64,000 nucleotides of DNA from a virus (Duplodnaviria > Caudoviricetes): positions 32,001-96,000 of the IMG/VR virus record IMGVR_UViG_3300002092_001784. One strand, 5' to 3'. This document shows, piece by piece, positions 26,916 through 36,233 of this stretch (its first letter is position 1; each line of letters starts with the position of its first letter). Under the pieces are notes generated by a model. It saw only the letters and a list, made by a program, of their open reading frames with translations. It made no database searches and was not told the DNA's origin. The position numbers and the translations under genes were made by a program.

Positions 26916-27737
26916 ATGGCATATGTTTATAAACACACACGGTTAGACACTAACGAAGTATTTTATATTGGTATTGGTAACGATTTGGAATATAAAAGAG
27001 CATACGATGTTCGTAATGGGAGAAACGCACATTGGAAACGGGTTATTAATAAAACAGAATATACGGTAGAAATTATTGAGGATTGTATTGATAGAGAAAT
27101 CGCATGTGAACGTGAAAAATATTGGATTAATTTCTATGGTAGACGAGACCTGAATGAAGGAACTTTGGTAAATATGACTGATGGAGGAGACGGTGGGGAT
27201 ACCATTACCGGTCACCCAAATCGAATTGAAATATTGAAAAAGAAATCTGATTCCGCTAAGGGGCGTGTTGTGTCGGATGAGATAAGACTCAAAATATCAA
27301 AAGCACATAAGGGAATTTCAATGATAGATAAATATGGTGAAGAACGTGCTTTGGAAATGAAGAGGAAAATGGCAGAAGCATCTACCGGCCGCATCATCTC
27401 AGAAGAAACCCGCCGTAAACTAAGTGAAGCGAGTAAAAATATATCCGAAAAGACTCGAAGTAAACTAAGTGAAGCCAGTAAATTGTGGCACTCAAATAAC
27501 GAATGTCCAATGACAGGAAAAACTCATTCTGATGAAACTAAACAGAAAATGAGTGATTCTCATAAAGGATATATTAAAAGTGAAGAGCATCGAAAGCATT
27601 TGAGTGAATCCAGAATTGGAATGAAGTTTTCAGACCAGCATATACAAAAATTAAAAGAGTCTCATACTGGTAAGACCGCATCGGAGGAAACAAAACGAAA
27701 AATGAGTGAATCACAAAAAAACAGATATAAAAAATAA
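26916..27737 (+). mobile_element. GIY-YIG homing endonuclease with tandem NUMOD3-like repeats
   Basis: AYVYKH...FYIGIG, R and E motifs, LVNMTDGGDG, repeated GxxxSEETxxKxSEA units; start refined to ATG 26916. Confidence 0.88.
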
Positions 27738-27744
27738 ATAAATT

Positions 27745-28047
27745 ATGGGAAATTTAATAGGAGCCGGCGATACGCCGAATCAACAACAGAAAAAAATAAT
27801 GGCAGACCTTTCGGCATCCAAACCGATGTTATGTGTAGGATGTGGATATGATGTATTCTTACCCGCAATTAAACTACGAAAAATATCCAAACTGATGATA
27901 GGCAGTACAGCAGATCAGATATTACCATTGGATGTGTTTGTATGTGGAAACTGTGGCGCAGTGAACGAAGAACTGTTACCAATTCAAATTAGAACATTAG
28001 AAGCAGCAGAGAAACAACAAAAATCTTCAGTAATCGAACCTGAGTAA
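27745..28047 (+). CDS. zinc-ribbon hypothetical protein
   Basis: CVGC and CGNC pairs. Confidence 0.7.
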   Translation: MGNLIGAGDTPNQQQKKIMADLSASKPMLCVGCGYDVFLPAIKLRKISKLMIGSTADQILPLDVFVCGNCGAVNEELLPIQIRTLEAAEKQQKSSVIEPE

Positions 28048-28536
28048 ATGGCTAAAACTGTAAAGGAAAAAAAAGAAGTTATAAAAACAACAAAAACGTT
28101 GTTCGATCATATTAAAGCGGTTACCAACGATCAAAATCCCAAATATTGGGAAAGTTTGGACGAATCGGATAAAAAGACGTGGTCGAACTATATGATTATA
28201 CGATTTATGACTATGAATCCGGATTGGGTTGAGTTGATTTCTGAAGTACAACCGTATTTGCAAGAAGCTCCGCCTAAAGCAGTTTATAAGGCATTGATTG
28301 GTGTAATACCTAAAAGTAGGGCGTTTTTGAAGTATATGAAAGCCGCATCATCGGAAACCTATGAACAATGGGTAGTTGATTTGGTAGCTAAGTATTATGG
28401 TGTGAGTCTTATGGAAGCAGAAGATTATTTACATATTTTGTATAAGAGCCATACTGGAAAACTTCATATTAAAGAGATAGCTGAATCATTTGGAACTGAT
28501 ACCAAAAGTATCACAAAACTAAAATTAGGAGTATAA
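28048..28536 (+). CDS. probable clamp loader small subunit (gp62-like)
   Basis: Size, NYMIIRFMT motif, position near the gp44-like gene. Confidence 0.55.
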   Translation: MAKTVKEKKEVIKTTKTLFDHIKAVTNDQNPKYWESLDESDKKTWSNYMIIRFMTMNPDWVELISEVQPYLQEAPPKAVYKALIGVIPKSRAFLKYMKAASSETYEQWVVDLVAKYYGVSLMEAEDYLHILYKSHTGKLHIKEIAESFGTDTKSITKLKLGV

Positions 28537-28555
28537 TAATTGAATTATTTTTGTT

Positions 28556-28603
28556 AAAATATCCGGGTAAATTTGTTTATTCGGATATTTTTTTGTATCT
28601 TTG
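28556..28603 (+). promoter_or_regulatory. 16-bp hairpin (terminator-like) overlapping a Bacteroidota promoter whose -33 TTTG forms the loop
   Basis: AAAATATCCGGGTAAA-TTTG-TTTATTCGGATATTTT; TTTG 28572 then N20 then TATCTTTG 28596. Confidence 0.65.
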
Positions 28604-28625
28604 TAATACAAATTAAAAACATAAT

Positions 28626-29492
28626 ATGGCTAAGGTATCGTTTTCGCAGTATAGTACGTTTTCATCATGCCCTCAACAATATAAGTTGAGATATATCGAT
28701 AAATTAGGAGAAAGTTCATCCAATATTCATACGATTTTCGGTTCTTCCATGCATGAAACGATTCAACACTATCTTTCGGTAATGTATGGTGAATCTAAAA
28801 AAGCAGCAGAAGATGTGAATTTAGATAAAATGCTATTAGAACAACTTAAAATAAATTTTTCCAAAGAGAAGGAAAAGATGAGTGAAGGTACTCCCTGTAC
28901 TCAAATTGAGTTGGAAGAGTTTTATGGTGATGGTAGGAGAATGTTGGCTTGGTTTACAAAACACATTAGTAAGTTCTATTCAAAATCAGGTTATCAGTTG
29001 GTGGGTATAGAAATTCCATTAAATGCTGAAGTTAAATCCGGTGTTAGTTTTATCGGATATATTGATGTTGTGATTAAAGATGTAGCAGAAGATTCGATTA
29101 TTATTATTGACTTAAAAACTTCAACCGCTGGTTGGAACAAATATCAAAAGGAAGATAAGTTAAAAAACTCACAGTTATTACTTTATAAAAAATACTATTC
29201 AGAGTTATTTAGCATACCACTTTCCAAAATTAGAATTGAGTATCAGATTTTGAGAAGAAAGATACCCGAAGATACACCATACCCGATTCCTTATGTATCA
29301 AAGCACGTTCCTTCAAATGGAGCTCCATCTGTAAATAAAGTGTACGGTGAGTTTATGGAATTTATCAATTCGGTGTTTGATGATGAGGGTAACTACAAAG
29401 AGGTAGAGTACCCAAAACAACCGGGTAACAATAAAAAGAACTGTAAGTGGTGTGAGTTTAATACCCGAAACATTTGTGATGGCAAAAATTAA
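28626..29492 (+). CDS. PD-(D/E)xK (RecB/Cas4-like) exonuclease
   Basis: VSFSQY...CP, FGSSMHE, E..GYIDVV..IDLKT, QLLLY, CKWC. Confidence 0.85.
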   Translation: MAKVSFSQYSTFSSCPQQYKLRYIDKLGESSSNIHTIFGSSMHETIQHYLSVMYGESKKAAEDVNLDKMLLEQLKINFSKEKEKMSEGTPCTQIELEEFYGDGRRMLAWFTKHISKFYSKSGYQLVGIEIPLNAEVKSGVSFIGYIDVVIKDVAEDSIIIIDLKTSTAGWNKYQKEDKLKNSQLLLYKKYYSELFSIPLSKIRIEYQILRRKIPEDTPYPIPYVSKHVPSNGAPSVNKVYGEFMEFINSVFDDEGNYKEVEYPKQPGNNKKNCKWCEFNTRNICDGKN

Positions 29493-29503
29493 GTAAAAAA
29501 TAT

Positions 29504-29713
29504 ATGGGACAGCGAGATTTACAATTATTTGAAATTAAAGAAAAATTACAGGCCATACAAGAGGCACTTAGCATTGTAAAACAACTTGCTGATAGTAAGT
29601 TAGCAGACACTGATTGTGAAACTGAATACCCAATCGATGATATTGATGAAATCCAACGATTGATAATTAAAGCAAGGGGGGTGATTGCTAGTAGGGGTTG
29701 GGGCTGGTTATAA
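29504..29713 (+). CDS. hypothetical protein
   Basis: 69 aa ORF. Confidence 0.5.
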   Translation: MGQRDLQLFEIKEKLQAIQEALSIVKQLADSKLADTDCETEYPIDDIDEIQRLIIKARGVIASRGWGWL

Positions 29714-29742
29714 TAAAAAATATTGGTTTTTTTGATTTGTAT

Positions 29743-29750
29743 ATATTTAT
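29743..29750 (+). promoter_or_regulatory. ATATTTAT putative phage promoter box
   Basis: Intergenic, upstream of 29778. Confidence 0.5.
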
Positions 29751-29777
29751 ATATAAATTAATTAACCCAATATTATT

Positions 29778-29978
29778 ATGACTCAAGACAACACAAAATT
29801 AACAACTGTAAAGATACTTAAAGATGTTTATTCCGGCTTCAAACGTGTATCGTTTGATTCCGATGTGACTTTACAAAAATTAGTAAATAGAACCGTTGAA
29901 CGATATGTAACGGATGATATGTTTCGTAAGGAAATGAATGAATATTTGAAATTACAAATTAGCGGTTCTCAATTTTAA
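29778..29978 (+). CDS. small putative DNA-binding (ribbon-helix-helix-like) protein
   Basis: LTTVKI...Y..F....TLQKLVNR beta-alpha-alpha-like pattern. Confidence 0.5.
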   Translation: MTQDNTKLTTVKILKDVYSGFKRVSFDSDVTLQKLVNRTVERYVTDDMFRKEMNEYLKLQISGSQF

Positions 29979-29982
29979 TGTT

Positions 29983-30558
29983 ATGAAATTAAAGAAGTTA
30001 TTACCCAAAGACATGTTAGTGGAAAGTAGTGGAGTGCATAATTATGGTTGTGCTATGATGTATTTTGATTTTCCTGCATTGTTTAAGTTGCAAGATGCTA
30101 TAAATCCAAAACACATCTACGAAGACCCAAACGATACGAGTTATGGGTTGGAAGATGAACCACATATTACATTATTATATGGGTTGCATGATGGAGTAAC
30201 TGTTGATGATGTATCTCATATTGTACAGAAGTTTGTATTTACTGAATGTGTTTTATACAATCCATCATTATTTCAGAATGAAAACTATGATGTATTAAAA
30301 TTTGATGTGAGGTATCCAACTAAAGGCGGGGCATTTTTACATAAATGTAATAGGCAATTATGTGAATTACCAAATACAAATTCGTATCCCGATTACCATC
30401 CGCATATGACAATTGCTTATTTGAAACCGGGTATGGGACAACAATATTCAGACCATTTTAATAAAATCGAACCAAACGGATATACATTAGTTCCATCACA
30501 TGTAGTTTACTCCGAACCAAATGGAGAAAAGACAGTAATTAAAATCAGAACAAATTAA
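29983..30558 (+). CDS. 2H phosphoesterase (2'-5' RNA ligase / Acb1-like superfamily)
   Basis: Two HxT motifs: PHITLLYG and PHMTIAY. Confidence 0.85.
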   Translation: MKLKKLLPKDMLVESSGVHNYGCAMMYFDFPALFKLQDAINPKHIYEDPNDTSYGLEDEPHITLLYGLHDGVTVDDVSHIVQKFVFTECVLYNPSLFQNENYDVLKFDVRYPTKGGAFLHKCNRQLCELPNTNSYPDYHPHMTIAYLKPGMGQQYSDHFNKIEPNGYTLVPSHVVYSEPNGEKTVIKIRTN

Positions 30559-30564
30559 TAAGTT

Positions 30565-32001
30565 ATGACAGAATATAAAGTAGGAGACATTAGAAACGGT
30601 AGTGAGGTAATACCTGCGGAGCAGAGAAAGAAGATATTACTTCTATCTGATGATTTGAGAATGGCGAGCGGTATTGCTACAATGTCCAAAGAATTTGTAT
30701 TAGGTACAATTCATAGGTATAATTGGTTTCAAGTTGGTAGTGCTATCAACCACCCAGACCAAGGAAAGATTTTGGATGTAAGCGCTGATACAAAGAACGT
30801 AACCGGTATATCTGATGCAAATCTAAAAATTTTACCGTGGAATGGATATGGAAATGCAGATTTACTACGGCAATTGATTAACGCAGAACGGCCGGATGCT
30901 ATACTTCATTTTACAGACCCACGATATTGGACATGGTTATATGATATTGAACATGAGATAAGACAAAATGTTCCAATCTTATACTACTCAATTTGGGATG
31001 ATTTACCTGACCCAATGTACAATCGTAATTTTTATGAAAGTTGTGATTGGATCGGTTGTATTTCCAGACAGACTTATGGCATTACCAAAAGAATGATGTC
31101 TAAAGCAGATAAATCAACATGGAAACCATTTAAGGAATGGCAAGCAAATTATGTACCACATGGTATCAATACTGATGTTTACAGACCAATAACTGTACCT
31201 GATGAATTTAGAAAAGAAATTTTGGGAGATAAAGAATATGATTTCGTATTATATTGGTCTAACAGAAACATTCGTAGGAAACAACCAGCCGATGTTATTT
31301 ACGCTTTCAAGCTTTTTTGTGATAAAATTGGAAAAGAACAGGCAGATAAGGTTTGTTTATTAATGCACACACAACCTGTGGATGAAAATGGAACAGATTT
31401 ACCAGCAGTTATTGCCGCAGTTGCACCTGATTGTAATATCATTTTTTCGGACAAACGAAGAGGTACTGATCAATTAAATCTACTATATAACATAGCAGAT
31501 GTAACTATTAACATTGCTAATAATGAAGGATTTGGATTAACTACGGCTGAAAGTGTAATGGCAGGTACTCCAATTATAGTAAATGTTACTGGTGGATTGC
31601 AAGATCAATGTGCATTTACTGTAAAAGGTAAGTTATTAACAGCAGAAGATTACATTGAAATCGGTTCTTTACACAACTGGAGAAAGTGGAAATCAAAAGT
31701 TAAGTGGGGTGAGTGGGTAACTCCAATTTGGCCAAAAGCACAATCATTGGCAGGTTCAATCCCAACACCGTATATTTGGGATGATCGCGTTGATATTGAG
31801 GATGTGGCTGAAGCCATTTTAGAGGTATACAAAGTTCCAAGTCCAGAACGAAAAACTGCTGGTCTTAAAGGTAGGGAAGCATTCATTACCAAAATGGGAT
31901 TAAACACTGAAAATATGTGTAAAACAATGGCGGATGGTATTGATACTACTCTTAAAAATTGGAAGCCAAGAGAACGTTATGAACTTTTCAAAATTAGATA
32001 A
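30565..32001 (+). CDS. glycosyltransferase family 4
   Basis: NRNIRRKQ, YNIAD, EGFGLTTAESVMAGTP. Confidence 0.88.
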   Translation: MTEYKVGDIRNGSEVIPAEQRKKILLLSDDLRMASGIATMSKEFVLGTIHRYNWFQVGSAINHPDQGKILDVSADTKNVTGISDANLKILPWNGYGNADLLRQLINAERPDAILHFTDPRYWTWLYDIEHEIRQNVPILYYSIWDDLPDPMYNRNFYESCDWIGCISRQTYGITKRMMSKADKSTWKPFKEWQANYVPHGINTDVYRPITVPDEFRKEILGDKEYDFVLYWSNRNIRRKQPADVIYAFKLFCDKIGKEQADKVCLLMHTQPVDENGTDLPAVIAAVAPDCNIIFSDKRRGTDQLNLLYNIADVTINIANNEGFGLTTAESVMAGTPIIVNVTGGLQDQCAFTVKGKLLTAEDYIEIGSLHNWRKWKSKVKWGEWVTPIWPKAQSLAGSIPTPYIWDDRVDIEDVAEAILEVYKVPSPERKTAGLKGREAFITKMGLNTENMCKTMADGIDTTLKNWKPRERYELFKIR

Positions 32002-32007
32002 TAAGTT

Positions 32008-33291
32008 ATGAATAAACCAATATTAGTATTTCAAGGACCTTGTTTCACTCGTAGCGGATACGGGGACCATTGCAGAGATTTATTGAAATCTCTTAGGAGC
32101 ATGGACAAATATGATGTAAAAATAGTTCCCATGCGATGGGGCAATACTCCACAAAATCAATTAGACCCTTCAACCGAATTTGGACAATGGATGTTGCAAA
32201 ATGTAATAACTCAATTGGATGCAAAACCCGATGTGTTTATGCAAGTTTCTGTTGCAAATGAATTTGAACCAAAGGGTAACTACAATATAGGTATTACTGC
32301 TGGAGTTGAAACTACACTCATTCCTAAAGATTTCATAGATGGTACAAACAAAATGGATTTGGTAATAGTACCATCACAGTTTACGAAACAGGTGTTGGTG
32401 TCTACAATGTACCAGTCCAAAGATAATCGGACAGGCAAAGTAGTAGAAGAAATTAAAGTAACAAAGCCGGTTGAAGTTTTATTTGAAGGGGTTGATACTG
32501 AAATATATTCAGCCGGAAATGGTGTAGATATTCTTAAAGATGTAACGGAAGATTTTGCGTTTTTGAGTGTAGGCCATTGGTTAAAGGGAGATATTGGACA
32601 AGACAGAAAGGATATTGGAATGTTGATAAAAACATTTGCAACGGTATTTCAATATCTTCCAAAAGAAAAAAGACCCGCACTAATATTAAAAACTTCACAT
32701 GCTGGATTTTCAGTAATGGATAGGGAGTTAACCCGTGAGAAGATTGAAACCATATTAAAGGGAATGGGTGATAAATGCCCATCGGTATATTTGCTGCACG
32801 GTGATTTAAGTGATGCTGATATGGCATCATTGTATCATAACCCAAAGGTGAAGGCTATGGTATCGTTTACAAAAGGTGAAGGATATGGTAGACCATTGGC
32901 AGAGTTTACATTAACAGGCAAACCAATATTGGTATCAAATTGGAGTGGACAGTTGGATTTTCTACCGGCCGATAAGGCAGTATTATTGGATGGGCAATTG
33001 ACACAGATTCACGAATCTGCGGCAGACCAATTCATTATTAAGGAAGCCCAATGGTTTACAGTTAATTATAGTAATGCGGCAAACAAAATGTATGATGTAT
33101 ATAAGAACTATCCGACGTACTTAAAAACTTCGGAAAAGCTTAAAGATAATACACTGAATGGGTTTACTTTAGATAAAATGAATACGGTATTTTCAAAAAT
33201 ATTAAATACTTATGTAAAGGAAGCTCCTAAAGTTGTTCCGTTTAGTTTACCAAAACTAAATATGATTAAACCATTAGAAAAAACTGAATGA
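32008..33291 (+). CDS. glycosyltransferase family 4
   Basis: SGYG, RKDIG, GEGYGRPLAE. Confidence 0.85.
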   Translation: MNKPILVFQGPCFTRSGYGDHCRDLLKSLRSMDKYDVKIVPMRWGNTPQNQLDPSTEFGQWMLQNVITQLDAKPDVFMQVSVANEFEPKGNYNIGITAGVETTLIPKDFIDGTNKMDLVIVPSQFTKQVLVSTMYQSKDNRTGKVVEEIKVTKPVEVLFEGVDTEIYSAGNGVDILKDVTEDFAFLSVGHWLKGDIGQDRKDIGMLIKTFATVFQYLPKEKRPALILKTSHAGFSVMDRELTREKIETILKGMGDKCPSVYLLHGDLSDADMASLYHNPKVKAMVSFTKGEGYGRPLAEFTLTGKPILVSNWSGQLDFLPADKAVLLDGQLTQIHESAADQFIIKEAQWFTVNYSNAANKMYDVYKNYPTYLKTSEKLKDNTLNGFTLDKMNTVFSKILNTYVKEAPKVVPFSLPKLNMIKPLEKTE

Positions 33292-33752
33292 TATTTACTT
33301 TGCAATACGATAAAATGATAGAAAGTGAGAAACCAATCGCTAGAAATCGTGTATTGCCAAGAAATATGTACAGAATCAAATCATACACTTACGCGGATGG
33401 ACATCATGAAAATTTAACAGGTATTCATTCTGCGTTAGTGTTTGTTTTTGGTAGAGATCAAGACACTTTATACTGCCTTAAAATTAATGAAGTACGGCCT
33501 ATTAAATTTTTTGATTGGTTGGCTACGATACTCGCTCACAAACATTTCAATTGGGATAATGTTGAAGAATTAAGAGAGGCAATTATTGTATCGGATAGGG
33601 CAGGTAAAGGTATATGGAAACGACAAATACATGGGAAATCCCCATACATATTACCCGCAAGTATATATCGAACTTATAAAATAAGTAGTATATCATTGAT
33701 CCATGAAATTTATTTTAAGACAAATGTACTGAAAAAGAATTTACCAAGATAA
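33288..33752 (+). CDS. hypothetical protein
   Basis: 154 aa ORF, ATGA-coupled. Confidence 0.65.
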   Translation: MIFTLQYDKMIESEKPIARNRVLPRNMYRIKSYTYADGHHENLTGIHSALVFVFGRDQDTLYCLKINEVRPIKFFDWLATILAHKHFNWDNVEELREAIIVSDRAGKGIWKRQIHGKSPYILPASIYRTYKISSISLIHEIYFKTNVLKKNLPR

Positions 33753-33787
33753 AATTGGATAACTTAAAAAATTATCCAATTTTTTTT
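33751..33787 (+). terminator. intrinsic terminator
   Basis: AAAATTGGATAA/TTATCCAATTTT 12-bp stem followed by a T tract. Confidence 0.65.
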
Positions 33788-33806
33788 GTGTTTTCTCAAA
33801 AAATAT

Positions 33807-33814
33807 ATATTTAT
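33807..33814 (+). promoter_or_regulatory. ATATTTAT putative phage promoter box
   Basis: Heads the 33842-47283 glycan operon. Confidence 0.5.
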
Positions 33815-33841
33815 ATATAATAACAATTAAACTAATAAGTT

Positions 33842-34480
33842 ATGAATATTCCAATCACATACGCAATTACCGTTTGCAATGAACTAGAAGAAATCGTTAA
33901 GTTGGTAGATTTCCTCATACCAAAAATTAATACTGAAGATGAAATTCTAATTCAATATGATACCGATGCTGCGACAAAAGAAGTAGTTGATTATTTGAAT
34001 ATTATTTCACAAATTCATTCTAAGTTGATACGAGTAATTAACTTTCCACTGAATAACGATTTTGCTTCTTTCAAAAATAATCTGAAGAATCACGCTAATG
34101 GTATCTATATTTTCCAAGTAGATGCAGATGAAATTCCATCGGAATATCTTGTGACAAATCTTAGTATGTTTTTGGAGCATAATAAAGATGTGGATTTATT
34201 TTTTGTACCACGAATCAATACAGTTGATGGGTTGACAGATGAACACATTAAAAAGTGGGGATGGAATATCAGTCCCAATGATTGGGTGAACTTTCCCGAC
34301 TACCAAACTAGGATATACCGCAGAACATCTGAAATCGAATGGGTTGGTGCAGTACATGAACGTATTGTTGGGTATAACACATTATCAGTACTACCTGCCG
34401 AAGAACAATTTTGCCTATATCACCATAAACAGATAGAACGACAGGAAAAACAAAACGAATACTATTCTACTTTAGCATGA
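33842..34480 (+). CDS. glycosyltransferase family 2
   Basis: YAITVCNE, FQVDADE, PDYQTRIYR, VHERI. Confidence 0.85.
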   Translation: MNIPITYAITVCNELEEIVKLVDFLIPKINTEDEILIQYDTDAATKEVVDYLNIISQIHSKLIRVINFPLNNDFASFKNNLKNHANGIYIFQVDADEIPSEYLVTNLSMFLEHNKDVDLFFVPRINTVDGLTDEHIKKWGWNISPNDWVNFPDYQTRIYRRTSEIEWVGAVHERIVGYNTLSVLPAEEQFCLYHHKQIERQEKQNEYYSTLA

Positions 34481-35463
34481 AAATAGCATTTCTTACAGAA
34501 ATAAAGGGGGCCGGTAAAATTCCAAAAGCGTTTCCCAATATGAGAACAGAATTTGCATGGATGCATACATTAGGTGCAGTTCATCACAATATTGAGTTAT
34601 TTAATTCGGTGGAAGGATATGATCATGTTTTTATTATTTTTCCAAAGGGTAGGGTATTTTTAAGTGCGGAGGGAATTAAAATAGTTAGTGCGGTTAACCC
34701 AGTATCGGAATTATTACAATCTGATATAGTTTCTGTATTAAAAAATAATAATACAAAGGTACATTATATACAGGAAGGACCACATTGGTGGTTCAATGAT
34801 TATGATGTGGCTGACCAAATTTATTTTTTTAATTTATTATCTAAATGTGATAGTATATTCGTACATAATCAGTATGATGTAAATTATTATCAGGGTATGT
34901 TTATGGATAAACCAATTCATGTCATACCTACGTTAATGATTGAAGAATTACTTTCTGATATAATTCCAATTAAGCAAGATAAAGTTATAATTGGTGGAAA
35001 CTTTGCACATTGGTATGGTGGATTTGAAAGTTATGTAGTGGCCGGTACATTGGGGATACCCATTTGGGCTCAGGACTCTCATGCAAAACGTGAATATGAA
35101 TCTGAAGTTCCGAACCTAAACCATTTACCACGGTTAATATGGGTGGATTGGATGAAAACCTTATCTGAATTTAAGTATGCAGTACACCTTATGCCAACCG
35201 TTGCTGCTGGTACATTTTCATTGAATTGTGCATATTTTTCTATACCATGTATTGGCAATGAATTGTTGGATACTCAACGGATATGTCACCCAGAACTTTC
35301 AGTTGATGTTTCTGATTTGAAACGGGCAAATAAACTGATATATCAATTACATACCGATAAAGAATTTTATAATGAATGTAGTAGAACCGCAAAGGAGAAT
35401 TATCATAGGTACTATTCGGAAGTAGTTTGGAAAGATAATATGAATAAAAAATTACAATTATGA
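34477..35463 (+). CDS. probable GT-B glycosyltransferase
   Basis: C-terminal GTFSLNCAYFSIPCIG resembles the GT4 donor-binding helix; operon context. Confidence 0.55.
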   Translation: MKIAFLTEIKGAGKIPKAFPNMRTEFAWMHTLGAVHHNIELFNSVEGYDHVFIIFPKGRVFLSAEGIKIVSAVNPVSELLQSDIVSVLKNNNTKVHYIQEGPHWWFNDYDVADQIYFFNLLSKCDSIFVHNQYDVNYYQGMFMDKPIHVIPTLMIEELLSDIIPIKQDKVIIGGNFAHWYGGFESYVVAGTLGIPIWAQDSHAKREYESEVPNLNHLPRLIWVDWMKTLSEFKYAVHLMPTVAAGTFSLNCAYFSIPCIGNELLDTQRICHPELSVDVSDLKRANKLIYQLHTDKEFYNECSRTAKENYHRYYSEVVWKDNMNKKLQL

Positions 35464-36233
35464 GTATAACAGTTATATTAAACGGTTACAAACGTGGTGA
35501 TCATTTAGACGAGCAACTTAGGGCTTTACAGAATCAAACGATTCAACCAGATGAAATTTTACTATGGTATAATAATCCCGGCGATGATTCGGAAATCAAT
35601 TATAATATTGGTACTCAGATACCTGCGGCATATTGTAACTACAACTTCGGTGTATGGGCACGGTTTACTTTCGCATTAAACGCTCGCAGTGAGTTTGTTT
35701 GTGTGTTTGATGATGATACCATACCCGGTTCAAAGTGGTTAGAAAACTGCCTTAATACGATGAACAAGACGGAAGGATTGTTGGGTACGGTTGGTTTATT
35801 ATACCTCAATCCATTACCACCGGTACAATCATCTTATTATGAACACTATATTCGGTTTGGCTGGCCGGAAAGTGGGAACAACGAACGGACAGTTGAGGTG
35901 GATTTGGTCGGACATAGCTGGTTCTTTAAGAAAGAATGGTTATCTTATATGTTTAGAGAATTGCCAGACCCAAAATATAATACTTGCGGTGAAGATATGC
36001 ACTTTAGTTATATGTTACAAAAATATGCAGGTATAAAAACATTTGTACCGCCACATCCAATTTCAGATAAAGAATTGTGGGGTAGTATAAAGGGGGCAGA
36101 ATATGGTGGAGACCAAAATTCACTATGGGAGAGCAATCAACGAAGTATAGATGGTATACCATTTAGAGCACTAATGAATGATTACTTTTATAATCAACGA
36201 ATGAATGGATGGAGGTTATGTAATGAAAAATAA
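35460..36233 (+). CDS. GT-A / family 2-like glycosyltransferase
   Basis: VILNGYKR, CVFDDD, VDLVGHSWF, GEDMHF. Confidence 0.75.
   Translation: MSITVILNGYKRGDHLDEQLRALQNQTIQPDEILLWYNNPGDDSEINYNIGTQIPAAYCNYNFGVWARFTFALNARSEFVCVFDDDTIPGSKWLENCLNTMNKTEGLLGTVGLLYLNPLPPVQSSYYEHYIRFGWPESGNNERTVEVDLVGHSWFFKKEWLSYMFRELPDPKYNTCGEDMHFSYMLQKYAGIKTFVPPHPISDKELWGSIKGAEYGGDQNSLWESNQRSIDGIPFRALMNDYFYNQRMNGWRLCNEK

Noticed and set aside
27240-27720. Repeated GxxxSEETxxKxSE units
   Set aside because: Ordinary NUMOD3-like DNA-binding repeats of the GIY-YIG endonuclease.
28626-29492. Cas4 as part of a CRISPR-Cas system
   Set aside because: Stand-alone PD-(D/E)xK nuclease in a replication cluster with no other cas genes or array.
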